Made by a program: the position numbers and the translations under genes. 64,000 bases of DNA from an uncultured Lachnospiraceae bacterium (GTDB lineage: Bacteria > Bacillota > Clostridia > UBA1381). Positions 18,077 through 28,967 of the stretch are shown here, piece after piece. Positions within the stretch are counted from its first letter, which is position 1. Each line of letters starts with the position of its first letter. The DNA is taken from the NCBI GenBank assembly GCA_964447095.1, contig CAYUSE010000001.1, forward strand, positions 4,576-68,575. The letters run 5' to 3'. Below the pieces are notes generated by a model, which was not told the DNA's origin, ran no database searches, and saw nothing but the letters and a program-made list of their open reading frames with translations.

Positions 18077-21000
18077 ATGAACAAGGCAATTAAAAAAATT
18101 ATTGCGCTTTCAATGGCAATCGCAATGATACCGTTAACGGCGGTTGTGCGTCCTATGGCGGCGGAAACAGACCTGTATACAGTAGAATGCGGCGCGGACG
18201 GCAAAGTTGTTATAACGGGCAGTATAAGTCCATCGAATGAAAAGTATTTTGCAAGCCTGCGCGTGCTGAAAAACGGCGCGGAGCTTTCTGAACTGACAGG
18301 CGATCCTGCATCAGATCTTGCGATTACCGATTTTATAGACCAAACTGAAGTTTTGCAAGGCGATACGGAGTTTGAATTCGACTTTGTTCTGCCGGACGGG
18401 GAGTCGGGAAAACGCGCCGCGCGTCTGACAGGGAGCAGCGGCGAGTCTCGGGATTTGACGCTTTACTATATCAAAACCGCGGACTATGCGGCTGCTGCAA
18501 GAGAAGTAAACGCGGCGCTTGGCAGCTTTGATACATTCAAGGTTGCCTGCGAGAACGGCAACAATCTGTTTTGTTTGGGCATTGAGGAAGAAAATGCCGA
18601 CAAGCGGAATACTGCGCTGAAATTTATGTATGAAAGCGTAAAGACGCAGGGCATAAGCGCGACCGATCGTTTAGAAACAATTCGTACGTTTGAAGCGTCA
18701 GCTTTTGCGGCGGCATACAAACAGGGCGGCGTTAATCTTGCCGATTATCGTTCTGCGCTTAAATATTTCGGAGATGACGTTAATGAATGGGCAGATTTTG
18801 TTTTGAAAGCCCCTAAGGCATTAGAGAAATTTCAATCATTTATGTCCGGCGCAAGCTACAGTAATCTTGGCAGCTTTGGAGCCGCGATAAAAGAGGGACT
18901 TATTCTTGCGGTTGTGAGATATCCGAACGGAGCGAACAATATCGGCAGAGTTTTTAAGGCGTTCAGCGATATGACAAATATCAGAACAGACAGCGAAACA
19001 GCAATTTATCAGAAGCTCTCGGGGAATTACAATAGTCTTGAAGCTGTGCTCGAAAAGTACAGCGAACTGAAAAAATCAGATAATAATACAAATAAGTTTG
19101 ATGGCGCGTCAGGCGGCGGTGGCGAAAGCGGAAGTACCGTTTCCGTAAACGTTCCGTCAAGTAACGGAGAACGCGATATTTCGGTTAAACCGCTCAAAAT
19201 TCAGTTTGCAGATTTGGATATTGCGGATTGGGCGTATGAAGCGATTACTTCGCTTGCCGAGCGAGGTATTGTAAGCGGACGCACAAATACAACGTTTGCG
19301 CCGCTTGAAAAAGTCACGAGAGAAGAATTTGTTAAGCTGCTCGTTTGTGCCGCAGGCTATGAGAACCTTGAATTTACAAGCGGACGTTTTACTGATGTGC
19401 CTGTTGGAAGCTGGTATGAAAAATATGTCTGCATAGCTGCGGAAAGCGGACTTGTATACGGAATTGAGAAGGATAGGTTTGGCGTGGGCGAGAATGTTAC
19501 GAGACAGGATATGCTTGTAATGATTTATCGCGCGCTTAGTAAGAAGAATACCGCTCCTGCGGCGGCTGAACCGGAATTTGCCGATACAGACGCGATTGCG
19601 GACTATGCAAAAAGCGCTGTCGGAGCGCTCAGCGGAGGCGGCTATATAAACGGTGTAGGGGATAATAAATTCAATCCCAAAGGTACGGCTACCAGAGCGG
19701 AAACCGCGCAGATGTTATATAACGTCATAACGCTGCTTAGCGGTGGGAACACTGAAGATGAAAATCAAAACGATGACAGCGCGCAAAGCCCGGGAAAACA
19801 GAGCGCGTCGGCTGCGCAAGATAAAAATTATGAAAATGCGTTTAGCCTTTTATCAAGCTTAGGAATTTATGACAATGGTCTTTTGTATGAGAAAACGGAA
19901 GCCGACGGCGCTGTAACGCGCGGAGACTTTGCGGTTTATTTCGCGAGATTGATGAATATTGACAATGTGGGCGTGTCCGAGTTTTATTATACCGATGTGC
20001 CCAAAAGTCATTATGCCTTTGACGAAATCGGCGCGCTGACTAAGTATGGTTATATTTCGGAAACAGAGGATAAGAAGTTCAGACCCGACGATCCGATTTC
20101 ATCACAGGAAGCGTCAATGACTGCGATTAAAGGGATTGGACTTAGCGATATGATTAAAAGCGGTTATACGGACGAGGCATTTATACGTGACGCCATGCGT
20201 GAAGCAGGAATTTCATATTACGCGGACGGGGATTTAACCTTCCGCGATATGACGATGATGATGTATAACGTTTTGCTTGCGGATTGCTATAAGCTGACAA
20301 GTACGGGTATGTACAGCAAGTATTCCAAAACGGACGGAAATTCCTTGCTTTATGAAACACGAAAAATGCGGTTTGTTAAGAAAGGCTTTCTAACCGCCGC
20401 AAACGGAATGGATATTTACGGCGCGAAAACAAATGCAAATTCGGTTGTGATTGACGGTACGGTGTTTAGCTCGGGCAATAAAAATTATTCTCGGTTTTTA
20501 GGACGGAATGTTGATTATGTTTACAGCGACGAAGACGGTTTGACGCTTTGCTGGGCAGCCGAAAAAGACGGCAGCGGAAGCGGTGAAATAACGCTGACTA
20601 TCGGAAACAACGGCGGTTATGACCCGCAGAAAAATGAATTTTGGTATTATGAGAATAACAGAGAACGTCATGTAAAGATAGCCAATTCGGCAATTATGGT
20701 CTATAACGGCAGACCGCTTAGCGGCGGCGCGGAGGACATTCTTTCAAGACCTAAGACTAAAGTGACGCTTCTGTCCTCAGAGGATAGAAACATCTATGAC
20801 ATTGTTTTGATAGACGGCTATGAAAACATGATAGTCACGGGGAAAAATTCCGACACTTATGCCGTTTTTGATAAAAATTCATCCAAGAGTATCAGGCTTG
20901 AAGCTGCCTTGTACGAATGTTTTTCCATTGAAGATACAGTGGGCATAGAGCGTGATTGGTCGGAAATTCAAGACGGCGCTGTTTTAAGCATATTTCAATC

Positions 21001-22300
21001 TCAGGACGGGCAATGCCTGAGAGTGGTGGTGTCCGAGGATACAATAACGGGAAATGTCAGCGGAATAGACGATAGCAATTATGTTGTAATTAACGATGAA
21101 ACCTATGAGGTTTACAGTGACGAAGTGCTGACGAAATTATCGGCAGGGATGTCGGTGACCTGTTATTTGGATTGCTTCGGTTATATTGCGGAGGTACAGA
21201 CGCAGGCATCTTCAGACAGATTTGTAGGCTTTGCGCTTAATGGTTTTTGTGATTACGAACGCGGTGACGCGGTTTTGGGAATGCACATATTGTCTGAAAC
21301 AGGCAATATAGAATATTACGAAACAAACGGGAAGATTAACATAAACGGCGAGACCTATAAGGATATTAAGACAGCATTCGCCAAGCTTACGGAGAACGGT
21401 GAATTTAAACCGCAGATTATGCTTTGCAAGCTGAGCGGAGACGGTAAGCTGACGCGGATTGATACGGCGTCGCCTGATGATGGCGGAGTACATCCGCTGA
21501 CAATAAACCGAGAGATTAAAAAGGATTTGGAAAAGGTAGAACATGGAATGTACGCAGGCGGAAGAATAGGCGTAAACATGCTTACAAATTCCAATACAAA
21601 GGTATTTTCCGTGCCGGAGAATATAGGAAGTGATTTTTCGAGGTGCTTTGTTTCAAGCTTGAGAATGTGGGACGATTACCGAGGAGCCGTGAGCTACAGA
21701 ACAACTTCCGAGGACACGTTTTATGAACAGTATATTGTAACGCGTCAGATTACGTACGGCGATACGGCGGCTAATCATGCAATTCAGATGATAGATAAAA
21801 TCTATACTTCGGTAGATGACAATGATGAGATTGTACAAAATATTGTATATACTACGGGAGCCGGAACATCAGAAGCGGCGGTAGCCAAATATTTGGACCT
21901 TGACGCATATAATCTCAAGCGCGGCGACGCCGTAAGACTTGCGACAACGGCCTCCAATAAAAATCAAGTGGAGTATGTAAGCATTGTATCGCGCGCAGGC
22001 GAAAATACGGCGGTAGGAGAGTCGCTTCGCGAAACGCCGTATGCTACGCGCACAATCAGCGCGTATGCCTATGACAAATTAGGCTATGCGGTAAAATTGG
22101 GCTGGGACAGCGGAGATACGTTTGATGAGATTATTCAGATAAATTCGGGCACGCCAATCGCGGTATACGATTCCGAACGAAATGAGGTTCGTATAGGCAC
22201 GATAGAGGACATAAAAACATACAGATCGGACGGCGAAGCGTCAAGGCTTTTAATACAGTCCTATCAGGGCAATTTGCAGCGCGTATTTGTATACAGATAG
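18077..22300 (+). CDS. Large S-layer-homology (SLH) domain surface protein
   Basis: Signal peptide MNKAIKKIIALSMAIAMIPLTAVV with SD AAGGAG upstream of ATG 18077. SLH repeats start at FADLDIADWAYEAITSLAERGIVSG, FTDVPVGSWYEKYVCIAAESGLVYG and FADTDAIADYAKSAVGALSGGGYING, with further SLH-like segments downstream. The remainder is unassigned. Confidence 0.75.
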   Translation: MNKAIKKIIALSMAIAMIPLTAVVRPMAAETDLYTVECGADGKVVITGSISPSNEKYFASLRVLKNGAELSELTGDPASDLAITDFIDQTEVLQGDTEFEFDFVLPDGESGKRAARLTGSSGESRDLTLYYIKTADYAAAAREVNAALGSFDTFKVACENGNNLFCLGIEEENADKRNTALKFMYESVKTQGISATDRLETIRTFEASAFAAAYKQGGVNLADYRSALKYFGDDVNEWADFVLKAPKALEKFQSFMSGASYSNLGSFGAAIKEGLILAVVRYPNGANNIGRVFKAFSDMTNIRTDSETAIYQKLSGNYNSLEAVLEKYSELKKSDNNTNKFDGASGGGGESGSTVSVNVPSSNGERDISVKPLKIQFADLDIADWAYEAITSLAERGIVSGRTNTTFAPLEKVTREEFVKLLVCAAGYENLEFTSGRFTDVPVGSWYEKYVCIAAESGLVYGIEKDRFGVGENVTRQDMLVMIYRALSKKNTAPAAAEPEFADTDAIADYAKSAVGALSGGGYINGVGDNKFNPKGTATRAETAQMLYNVITLLSGGNTEDENQNDDSAQSPGKQSASAAQDKNYENAFSLLSSLGIYDNGLLYEKTEADGAVTRGDFAVYFARLMNIDNVGVSEFYYTDVPKSHYAFDEIGALTKYGYISETEDKKFRPDDPISSQEASMTAIKGIGLSDMIKSGYTDEAFIRDAMREAGISYYADGDLTFRDMTMMMYNVLLADCYKLTSTGMYSKYSKTDGNSLLYETRKMRFVKKGFLTAANGMDIYGAKTNANSVVIDGTVFSSGNKNYSRFLGRNVDYVYSDEDGLTLCWAAEKDGSGSGEITLTIGNNGGYDPQKNEFWYYENNRERHVKIANSAIMVYNGRPLSGGAEDILSRPKTKVTLLSSEDRNIYDIVLIDGYENMIVTGKNSDTYAVFDKNSSKSIRLEAALYECFSIEDTVGIERDWSEIQDGAVLSIFQSQDGQCLRVVVSEDTITGNVSGIDDSNYVVINDETYEVYSDEVLTKLSAGMSVTCYLDCFGYIAEVQTQASSDRFVGFALNGFCDYERGDAVLGMHILSETGNIEYYETNGKININGETYKDIKTAFAKLTENGEFKPQIMLCKLSGDGKLTRIDTASPDDGGVHPLTINREIKKDLEKVEHGMYAGGRIGVNMLTNSNTKVFSVPENIGSDFSRCFVSSLRMWDDYRGAVSYRTTSEDTFYEQYIVTRQITYGDTAANHAIQMIDKIYTSVDDNDEIVQNIVYTTGAGTSEAAVAKYLDLDAYNLKRGDAVRLATTASNKNQVEYVSIVSRAGENTAVGESLRETPYATRTISAYAYDKLGYAVKLGWDSGDTFDEIIQINSGTPIAVYDSERNEVRIGTIEDIKTYRSDGEASRLLIQSYQGNLQRVFVYR

Positions 22301-22335
22301 ACAGCTATTTTCTTTATAAAGTTGGTGAAAATCAT

Positions 22336-24330
22336 ATGAAAAAAATCAGAATATGTTTTGCTTCGGTTATTCTTGCGGTTTGTACGTCAGTTTCCGCCGT
22401 GAACGCTTCTGCGCTTACTCTTGTGTTTCAGGGAGTGGCGGCGGACATGGCAGGGAAAGACGTAACAGTCGGAGTATATGACAAAGACCCGTTGGCAGAT
22501 GATTTTACGCTTGAAAACGTTAAGTATATTGACCAGTCTGAAATAGCGGAGGATGGCTCGTTCCGTATGCGTATTCCGCTAAGAGAGGTTTTGGACAGCT
22601 CTGAGGGGCTTACGGTAAGAAGTAATATAAAAGGTATGACAGTTTCGGAACAACAGTATATTTACTGTTCAGATAACGGTGTTTCCTTAAGCGCGGGAAC
22701 AAAAGAAAATCCGTGCAGCTTTAAAACCGCTTTGGATATAGCGGCGAGCGGCGATACAATAGTATTGCTCGACACGATAACAATTCCTGCGGATTTTGTA
22801 TGGCGGCAGTCGGATAAAACAATTCGCATTGAAGGTTATCAGGATGTGGGAAAGCTGGATTTAACCGCTGTTGAAGCATTTTCTGTCGGCTGTAATGTTA
22901 CCTTTGACAATTTGGAGCTTCTCGTACATGACGGAACGGACAGCTCATCGGCAAACCAAACCCTCATTTATGCGCAGGGAAATCATGTAATAATGGAAAA
23001 AGGCGTTACAACAAACCACTTTGTAAAGGCGATTTTCGGCGGCGCAAAGGGTAAAGCGCTGACGCATACGAATTTGGAAGTCTACGGCGGAGATTACAAG
23101 GGGATTTACGGCGGCGGAGACCAAGGCAATATCACGGGTAATTCCTCGGTGATTGTCGGAGGAAAGACAAACAGTAATACAATACTGACGATAGGAAACT
23201 CAAAAGGAAAGTTTGAGGGGCTCAAGGGAACAGGCGGCACAGTGCTGGCAGGCGGTAATGGAAGCAATGTCATGGGTACGGCGTTTGTAACCGTTAAAGA
23301 CGACGCTGTCGTGCAATATGTACGGGGCGGCGGCACGGGCGAAACAAATTTGACAGTGGGAAAATGCCGTATAAACATAGAAGGCGGCACGATTATGAAT
23401 GTGTTTGCCGCAGTCGGGCGTTCAAGCAGGGAGTCGGAATATATCTGCAATTCGGAGGTCGTAATGACGGGCGGCGAAGCCGAAGCGGTGTTTGCCGGAG
23501 CTGAAAGAAGGGACATTTACGGAAAAATCACATGTTACTTGCTTGGCGGAACGATTACCCGACGCGCGTATGCAGGATGTTATAACGATTACGGCTTTTC
23601 GGGATGGGGAGGCACTTGCGCGGTTCACGGAACGGCAACGCTTGTATTCGGACCTGATCTGGGCTCAAATACAATGACCGATACGCAGTCGGGAAACGGA
23701 ATTTTCGGCGGCAGCCGCAGATCGGTGAATTCCTCTGACGAAATAGGGCGGCTGGTGTTTTTAGACGGTTGTTATGACAGATTTAAAGCAAATATCGGAA
23801 AAAACGATATGTGCAGAAGTCATCATGATTATCTGCTGTCAGAAGGAATAAACGGCAGCGCGATGTTTTCGGATTTGACAGACGAAGCATCGCCGGAGGT
23901 TTCGGCTTCACAGATAAAAATTACCCCCGACAGCGGTTATGACGCCTTGTTAAACGGCGAAATAATCACCGATCAATACTGCGCCTTGCAAAACAGCGCG
24001 TTGGCAGAGGTTTCTTTTATAAGTAACGGCAGCGGGGAACGCGAAACGGAAATTACAAGCGCATACGGTATAGCCGGTTCAGATGGCGTAAATGTGAATT
24101 ATTACACTGCCCAAAAAGGTAAATTGATTGTGGTGGTGTACGACGCCGAGGACAGATTGGTTGGTACGGCAATGGAGGATGTAAATCCTGCTTCGTCTAT
24201 GCAGGAAGCCGCGCTTTCGGTTGATTGCAGTCTTAACAGTACGTATAATGTGAAGGTTATGTTGTGGGACGGCATGGATAGTATAATACCGCTTTGTCCG
24301 CCGTTTCCGGTTAGTGTAAATGTGCAGTAG
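22336..24330 (+). CDS. Secreted Gly-rich protein (possible parallel beta-helix) with the recurrent C-terminal beta-sandwich-like tail
   Basis: Signal peptide (SVSAVNASA). Repeated short GG-containing turns appear (YGGDYKGIYGGGDQGNITGNSSVIVGG, GTGGTVLAGGNGSNVMG, YVRGGGTGETNLTVG). The C-terminus is KLIVVVYDAEDRLVG...VKVMLWDGMDSIIPL. Confidence 0.55.
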   Translation: MKKIRICFASVILAVCTSVSAVNASALTLVFQGVAADMAGKDVTVGVYDKDPLADDFTLENVKYIDQSEIAEDGSFRMRIPLREVLDSSEGLTVRSNIKGMTVSEQQYIYCSDNGVSLSAGTKENPCSFKTALDIAASGDTIVLLDTITIPADFVWRQSDKTIRIEGYQDVGKLDLTAVEAFSVGCNVTFDNLELLVHDGTDSSSANQTLIYAQGNHVIMEKGVTTNHFVKAIFGGAKGKALTHTNLEVYGGDYKGIYGGGDQGNITGNSSVIVGGKTNSNTILTIGNSKGKFEGLKGTGGTVLAGGNGSNVMGTAFVTVKDDAVVQYVRGGGTGETNLTVGKCRINIEGGTIMNVFAAVGRSSRESEYICNSEVVMTGGEAEAVFAGAERRDIYGKITCYLLGGTITRRAYAGCYNDYGFSGWGGTCAVHGTATLVFGPDLGSNTMTDTQSGNGIFGGSRRSVNSSDEIGRLVFLDGCYDRFKANIGKNDMCRSHHDYLLSEGINGSAMFSDLTDEASPEVSASQIKITPDSGYDALLNGEIITDQYCALQNSALAEVSFISNGSGERETEITSAYGIAGSDGVNVNYYTAQKGKLIVVVYDAEDRLVGTAMEDVNPASSMQEAALSVDCSLNSTYNVKVMLWDGMDSIIPLCPPFPVSVNVQ

Positions 24331-24359
24331 ATAAAAAAGATTGGAGGAACAGATTTGTT

Positions 24360-25055
24360 ATGCCTATTTATGAGAGGGAAAGCAAATATATAAAATTGTT
24401 GGCGCAGGGAGACCTTTCCGTTAAGGATTTGGCAAAAGCGTTGTTTATTAGTGTGCCTACGGTTCGGCGTGATATTGTTATGATGAAGAAAAAGGATTTG
24501 ATAGAAAGTCAAAATGGCATTGTCAAACTAAAAAGCACGTCGGCGGATACCCGTATTCCGCTGATAATCAGAAACACTGAAAATATGGAAGTAAAAAATA
24601 ATATTGCGGAAAAGGCGAGCGCCTACATAAAAGACGGTGATGTTATTATGCTTGATGCTTCCACAACCGCTTATGCGCTTCTCCCATATCTTTCGAAATT
24701 TCAAAATTTGTTTGTAATAACAAACGGCGCAAAGACTGCTATTGACCTTGTTGTTCTCGGCATTAAAACTATATGTCTGGGAGGTGAAATGACATCGGAG
24801 TCTTTTTCTTACATCGGGCCCGATGCTGAACGTACGCTTAGAAAGTATAACGCGGACATTGCCTTTTTCTCTTGCAGAGGGTTTGAAAAAGGAGTGGCAA
24901 CAGACAATTCCATTATGGAAAACAGTATTCGGCAAATAATGATGGCAAATTCCAGCCGGAGTTATCTTTTGTGCGATAGAAGTAAATTTGGAAAACATTA
25001 TCTGAATTACCTCTGCAAAGCGGAGGAGATTGACGGAGTTATAACAGAAGAATAA
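24360..25055 (+). CDS. DeoR/GlpR-family transcriptional regulator
   Basis: N-terminal HTH (LSVKDLAKALFISVPTVRRDIVMM) and a C-terminal DeoR sugar-phosphate-sensor-like region (VIMLDASTTAYALLPYL...VITNG). Confidence 0.8.
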   Translation: MPIYERESKYIKLLAQGDLSVKDLAKALFISVPTVRRDIVMMKKKDLIESQNGIVKLKSTSADTRIPLIIRNTENMEVKNNIAEKASAYIKDGDVIMLDASTTAYALLPYLSKFQNLFVITNGAKTAIDLVVLGIKTICLGGEMTSESFSYIGPDAERTLRKYNADIAFFSCRGFEKGVATDNSIMENSIRQIMMANSSRSYLLCDRSKFGKHYLNYLCKAEEIDGVITEE

Positions 25056-25101
25056 CACTGTTATATAAAAAAGTAAATTATTTAGATTTGAGGAGATTAT
25101 T

Positions 25102-25884
25102 ATGAATAATAGCAAACGTGTACTCTTAGATGCGCATAGAGGAAACTCGAAATATTTTCCCGAAAATACGATGCCGTCTTTTAAATCGGCCCTTGAAATG
25201 GAAATTGATATGATTGAAACCGATGTTCATATGACAAGTGACGGAGAAATTATTGTTATGCATGATGAATGTGTAGACCGTACAACAAACGGTACAGGCG
25301 CAATCAGAAATTTTACTTTGGCACAGATTAAAGCTCTTGACGCCGGTTCATGGAAGGATGAAAAATTTAAAGGAACGCAGGTTCCGACGTTCAGAGAGTT
25401 TTTGGAGCTGGCTATGACCCGGAAGGATTTGACTTATATTATTGAGTTTAAAGATTATCCCGGAATTATGGGAGACAGAGCTTATAAATCGTGCGACAAA
25501 ACTATCGCATTAATTGAAGAATACAATATGAGTGATAATGTGATTTTAAACAGCTTCAGCGGTGAAATTTTAGAGTATCTGGAAGAAAAATATAAACACA
25601 AATATCGGCTGGAGGGCTTTTTCCCTATTGAAAGAATGGGAGATAAACTGACAAGAGACCCCTATGAATATATGTACAGTATGTGCTTGTTTGGCTCGGA
25701 AAATCCCGTAGCGGATAAGGAAAGCTTTGATTATGTAATAAGCCGCGGGGTGAAACCGTGGGTATACTATCCAAACGAGGACGAGGATATATATCGTTTA
25801 TCAATAGAGCGCGGAGCGGTAGGGCTCACTGCCAACGATCCGAAAAAAGCACACGAAATTTTAAAGAAATTGGGGGCAAGATAG
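25102..25884 (+). CDS. Glycerophosphodiester phosphodiesterase (GDPD family)
   Basis: DAHRGNSKYFPENTMPSFKSALEMEIDMIETDVHMTSDGEIIVMHDECVDRTTNGTG is the canonical GDPD active-site pattern (HR...EN...E.D...HD). Confidence 0.85.
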   Translation: MNNSKRVLLDAHRGNSKYFPENTMPSFKSALEMEIDMIETDVHMTSDGEIIVMHDECVDRTTNGTGAIRNFTLAQIKALDAGSWKDEKFKGTQVPTFREFLELAMTRKDLTYIIEFKDYPGIMGDRAYKSCDKTIALIEEYNMSDNVILNSFSGEILEYLEEKYKHKYRLEGFFPIERMGDKLTRDPYEYMYSMCLFGSENPVADKESFDYVISRGVKPWVYYPNEDEDIYRLSIERGAVGLTANDPKKAHEILKKLGAR

Positions 25885-25885
25885 A

Positions 25886-27217
25886 ATGAACATAAAGGAA
25901 TTGGAGAGTATCCGCCAAACAGGCTGCCCATGCGGAAAAGAACATGCTCTTGCAATAGATAAAATCATTACGGGGAAAGGGGTTATAAAACAAATACCTC
26001 AGATTATAGAAGGATATAAAGCAAAAAAAGCATTTATATTATCGGATAAAAATACATATTTTGCGGCAGGAAAAGCCGTTTGTGAAATTTTAAACGACAG
26101 TTGTATATCATTTAGCAGCTATTCTTTCAGAAAAAATCATCTGGAACCGAACGAAGAAAACGTAGGTCTTGCACAGATGTATTTTGATAACGAATGTGAC
26201 ATTATTATCGGTGTGGGGTCGGGAGTAATAAACGATATAGGTAAAATTCTGAGCGCGGCATCAGGCAAACCGTATATCATAGTAGCTACCGCACCGTCTA
26301 TGGACGGTTATGCGTCCGCATCGTCTTCTATGAGCCGCGAAGGTTTAAAACTTACGCTGCAAAGCAAATGTCCGAACGTAATTGTCGGAGATACAGATAT
26401 TCTGCGCTGTGCGCCGCTGAAATTAATGCGTTCGGGATTGGGAGATATGCTGGCGAAATATGTGAGTATTTGTGAGTGGCGTATTTCAAACCTGATTAAC
26501 GGTGAATATTACTGCGAGGAGATTGCAGAGCTTGTACGTTCTTCATTAAAACGCTGTATTGAGCTCGCTCCGAAGCTTATAAAAAGAGATGAGGCAGCGG
26601 TTGAAGCGGTATTTAACGGATTGGTGGTCTGCGGCGCTGCAATGAGCTATGCGGGATTGTCCAGACCGGCTTCGGGAGTGGAACATTATATGTCCCATGT
26701 ATGGGATATGCGTGGAGAAGCTTTTGCAACACCTGTTGAGCTTCACGGCTTGCAATGCGGTGTGGGAACTTTAATTGCCGTGCGTATGTATGAAAAGTTG
26801 AAAAAAATGTCTTTTGACAAAAGTAAGGCTCTGTCTTATGCGGAAAACTTTGATTTGGAGCAGTGGAATGAAAAACTGCGTTCTTTCCTTGGAAAAGGAG
26901 CGGAGGTTATGATTGAGCTTGAAAAAGAGGAACAGAAATACAGCGCGGAAAAACATAAAAAGCGGTTGAAAATTATCCTGCAAAATCTTGATAGGATATT
27001 TGATATTATATCGGAAGAATTGCCGCCATACGATGAGCTCGAAGCTCTGCTTGACAGCGTCGGAGCGCCTAAAACGCCTGAGGAGATAGGGCAAAGCACT
27101 GAAATTATTCCTATGACGTTTATGGCGACAAAGGATATTCGCGATAAATATGTTTTATCGCGTTTGGCTTGGGATTTAGGCATTTTGGAGGAAATCGCCG
27201 AAGCTTATACACGATAA
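25886..27217 (+). CDS. sn-glycerol-1-phosphate dehydrogenase-like (AraM/EgsA family, iron-containing alcohol dehydrogenase fold)
   Basis: The motifs GVGSGVINDIGK, ATAPSMDGYAS, GLGDMLAKY, SRPASGVEHYMSH and LHGLQCGVGT align with my recollection of the corresponding B. subtilis AraM segments. It starts 2 nt after the GDPD stop. Confidence 0.7.
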   Translation: MNIKELESIRQTGCPCGKEHALAIDKIITGKGVIKQIPQIIEGYKAKKAFILSDKNTYFAAGKAVCEILNDSCISFSSYSFRKNHLEPNEENVGLAQMYFDNECDIIIGVGSGVINDIGKILSAASGKPYIIVATAPSMDGYASASSSMSREGLKLTLQSKCPNVIVGDTDILRCAPLKLMRSGLGDMLAKYVSICEWRISNLINGEYYCEEIAELVRSSLKRCIELAPKLIKRDEAAVEAVFNGLVVCGAAMSYAGLSRPASGVEHYMSHVWDMRGEAFATPVELHGLQCGVGTLIAVRMYEKLKKMSFDKSKALSYAENFDLEQWNEKLRSFLGKGAEVMIELEKEEQKYSAEKHKKRLKIILQNLDRIFDIISEELPPYDELEALLDSVGAPKTPEEIGQSTEIIPMTFMATKDIRDKYVLSRLAWDLGILEEIAEAYTR

Positions 27218-27245
27218 AAATAATACGAAACGGAGTGGAATTATA

Positions 27246-28961
27246 ATGAGAATACCCAGACCTGAACACCCTAATCCGCAGTTTGAACGAGAAAGCTGGA
27301 CGAATTTGAACGGTGAATGGGAATTTGAAATTGATTGCGGAAAGAGCGGAATTGACCGCAAATTTTATGAACGTGACTGCCTGAACGGTAAAATAATTGT
27401 TCCGTTCTGTCCTGAAAGCGAGCTGTCGGGGGTCGGAAACAAGGACTTTATGGCGGCGGTTTGGTACCGCCGCGAGTTTGAACTGACAAACGAGCAAATG
27501 AACGGCAGAGTTTTATTGCATTTTGGCGCGGTTGATTATGAAACCGTAGTTTATATAAATAAAACAGAGGTCGGCAGACATAAGGGCGGTTATACTTCGT
27601 TTGAATTTGATATAACGGATTTTGTAAACGAGGGTAAAAATACGGTTACCGTGTGCGCGATTGATGATGTAAGAAGCGGCGCGCAGGCTCGCGGAAAACA
27701 GTCTGAATTATATTATTCCCATAAGTGTGATTATACGCGTACCACGGGAATTTGGCAGACTGTATGGCTTGAATATGTGCCAAAAAATTATATCAGGCGA
27801 GTGTGGTTTTATCCGGACGCTGAGAATTGTAAGCTGTCTGTAAAGGCGGAGGTTTGCGGCAGAGGAAGAATTGAAATAAACACGTCGTATGAGGGGAGAA
27901 GCACCGGAGGAGGACACGCAAATACAAACGGAGAAACGGTTTGCCTTGAAATTCCGCTTACCGAAAAGCAGCTTTGGGAAGTCGGCAACGGCAGACTTTA
28001 CGATGTAACAATAATCTTTGGTGAAGACAGGGTAAAAAGCTATTTCGGACTCAGAAGCATTCGCTTGGACGGAATGAAATTCTTAATTAATGAAAAATCT
28101 GTTTTTCAGCGTCTGGTACTTGATCAGGGTTTTTATCCCGATGGAATTTACACTGCCCCGACTGAAGACGCGCTCGTGTATGACATAGCGATGTCTGTTA
28201 ATATTGGTTTTAACGGCGCAAGGCTGCATGAAAAGGTTTTTGAACCGAGATTTTTATACCACTGCGATAAAATGGGATATATCGTATGGGGCGAATATGC
28301 AAATTGGGGCTTTGACCATTCAGACCCTGCGTTATTGAGCGTGTATTTAAATGAATGGCGTGAGGCGGTTATGCGTGATTTTAATCATCCCGCTATTGTC
28401 GGCTGGTGTCCGTTTAATGAGACGTGGGATAAGCACGGCTGTCAGCAGGACAACAGAATTTTAGAAACGGTTTACCGCGAAACAAAGCTGTGGGACGCTA
28501 CGCGTCCGTGTATAGATACAAGCGGAAATTATCATGTTGTTACGGATATTTACGATGTGCATGACTATGACCAAAATCCTGAAACGTTTGCGGCAAGGTA
28601 TGCGCAGTTTAAGGGAATTGAAGAGCCCGAGCCTTATCAGAAAAAGGCGATAGGACGCCAGACATATAACGGTGAACCGTTTTTTGTCAGCGAATACGGC
28701 GGTATTCAGTGGAATGCCGACAAATATGACGGCGGCTGGGGCTATGGAAACGGACCTGCGACTGAGGAAGAATTTTTAACAAGATTAAAGGGCTTGACCG
28801 ACGCATTTTTGGATAATGAGAACATCTTCGGATATTGCTATACGCAGCTTTATGATGTGGAGCAGGAGGTTAACGGTTTGTATACGTATGACAGAAAGCC
28901 GAAATTTAACAGTGAAACATTGCGTAAGATTATGGGACGCAAGGCGAAAATAGAGGAGTAA
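27246..28961 (+). CDS. Glycoside hydrolase family 2-like enzyme (no signal peptide)
   Basis: The N-terminus RPEHPNPQFERESWTNLNGEWEFEID and LHFGAVDYETVVYINKTEVGRHKGGYTSFEFDIT fit the GH2 sugar-binding domain. FNGARLHEK and WCPFNETW fit a TIM barrel with an acid/base NE. Confidence 0.7.
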   Translation: MRIPRPEHPNPQFERESWTNLNGEWEFEIDCGKSGIDRKFYERDCLNGKIIVPFCPESELSGVGNKDFMAAVWYRREFELTNEQMNGRVLLHFGAVDYETVVYINKTEVGRHKGGYTSFEFDITDFVNEGKNTVTVCAIDDVRSGAQARGKQSELYYSHKCDYTRTTGIWQTVWLEYVPKNYIRRVWFYPDAENCKLSVKAEVCGRGRIEINTSYEGRSTGGGHANTNGETVCLEIPLTEKQLWEVGNGRLYDVTIIFGEDRVKSYFGLRSIRLDGMKFLINEKSVFQRLVLDQGFYPDGIYTAPTEDALVYDIAMSVNIGFNGARLHEKVFEPRFLYHCDKMGYIVWGEYANWGFDHSDPALLSVYLNEWREAVMRDFNHPAIVGWCPFNETWDKHGCQQDNRILETVYRETKLWDATRPCIDTSGNYHVVTDIYDVHDYDQNPETFAARYAQFKGIEEPEPYQKKAIGRQTYNGEPFFVSEYGGIQWNADKYDGGWGYGNGPATEEEFLTRLKGLTDAFLDNENIFGYCYTQLYDVEQEVNGLYTYDRKPKFNSETLRKIMGRKAKIEE

Positions 28962-28967
28962 CATATT

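Noticed and set aside
24528-25115. 195-aa minus-strand ORF
   Set aside because: It is fully antisense to the DeoR regulator gene, which has clear HTH and sensor motifs. It has no recognisable motifs or RBS.
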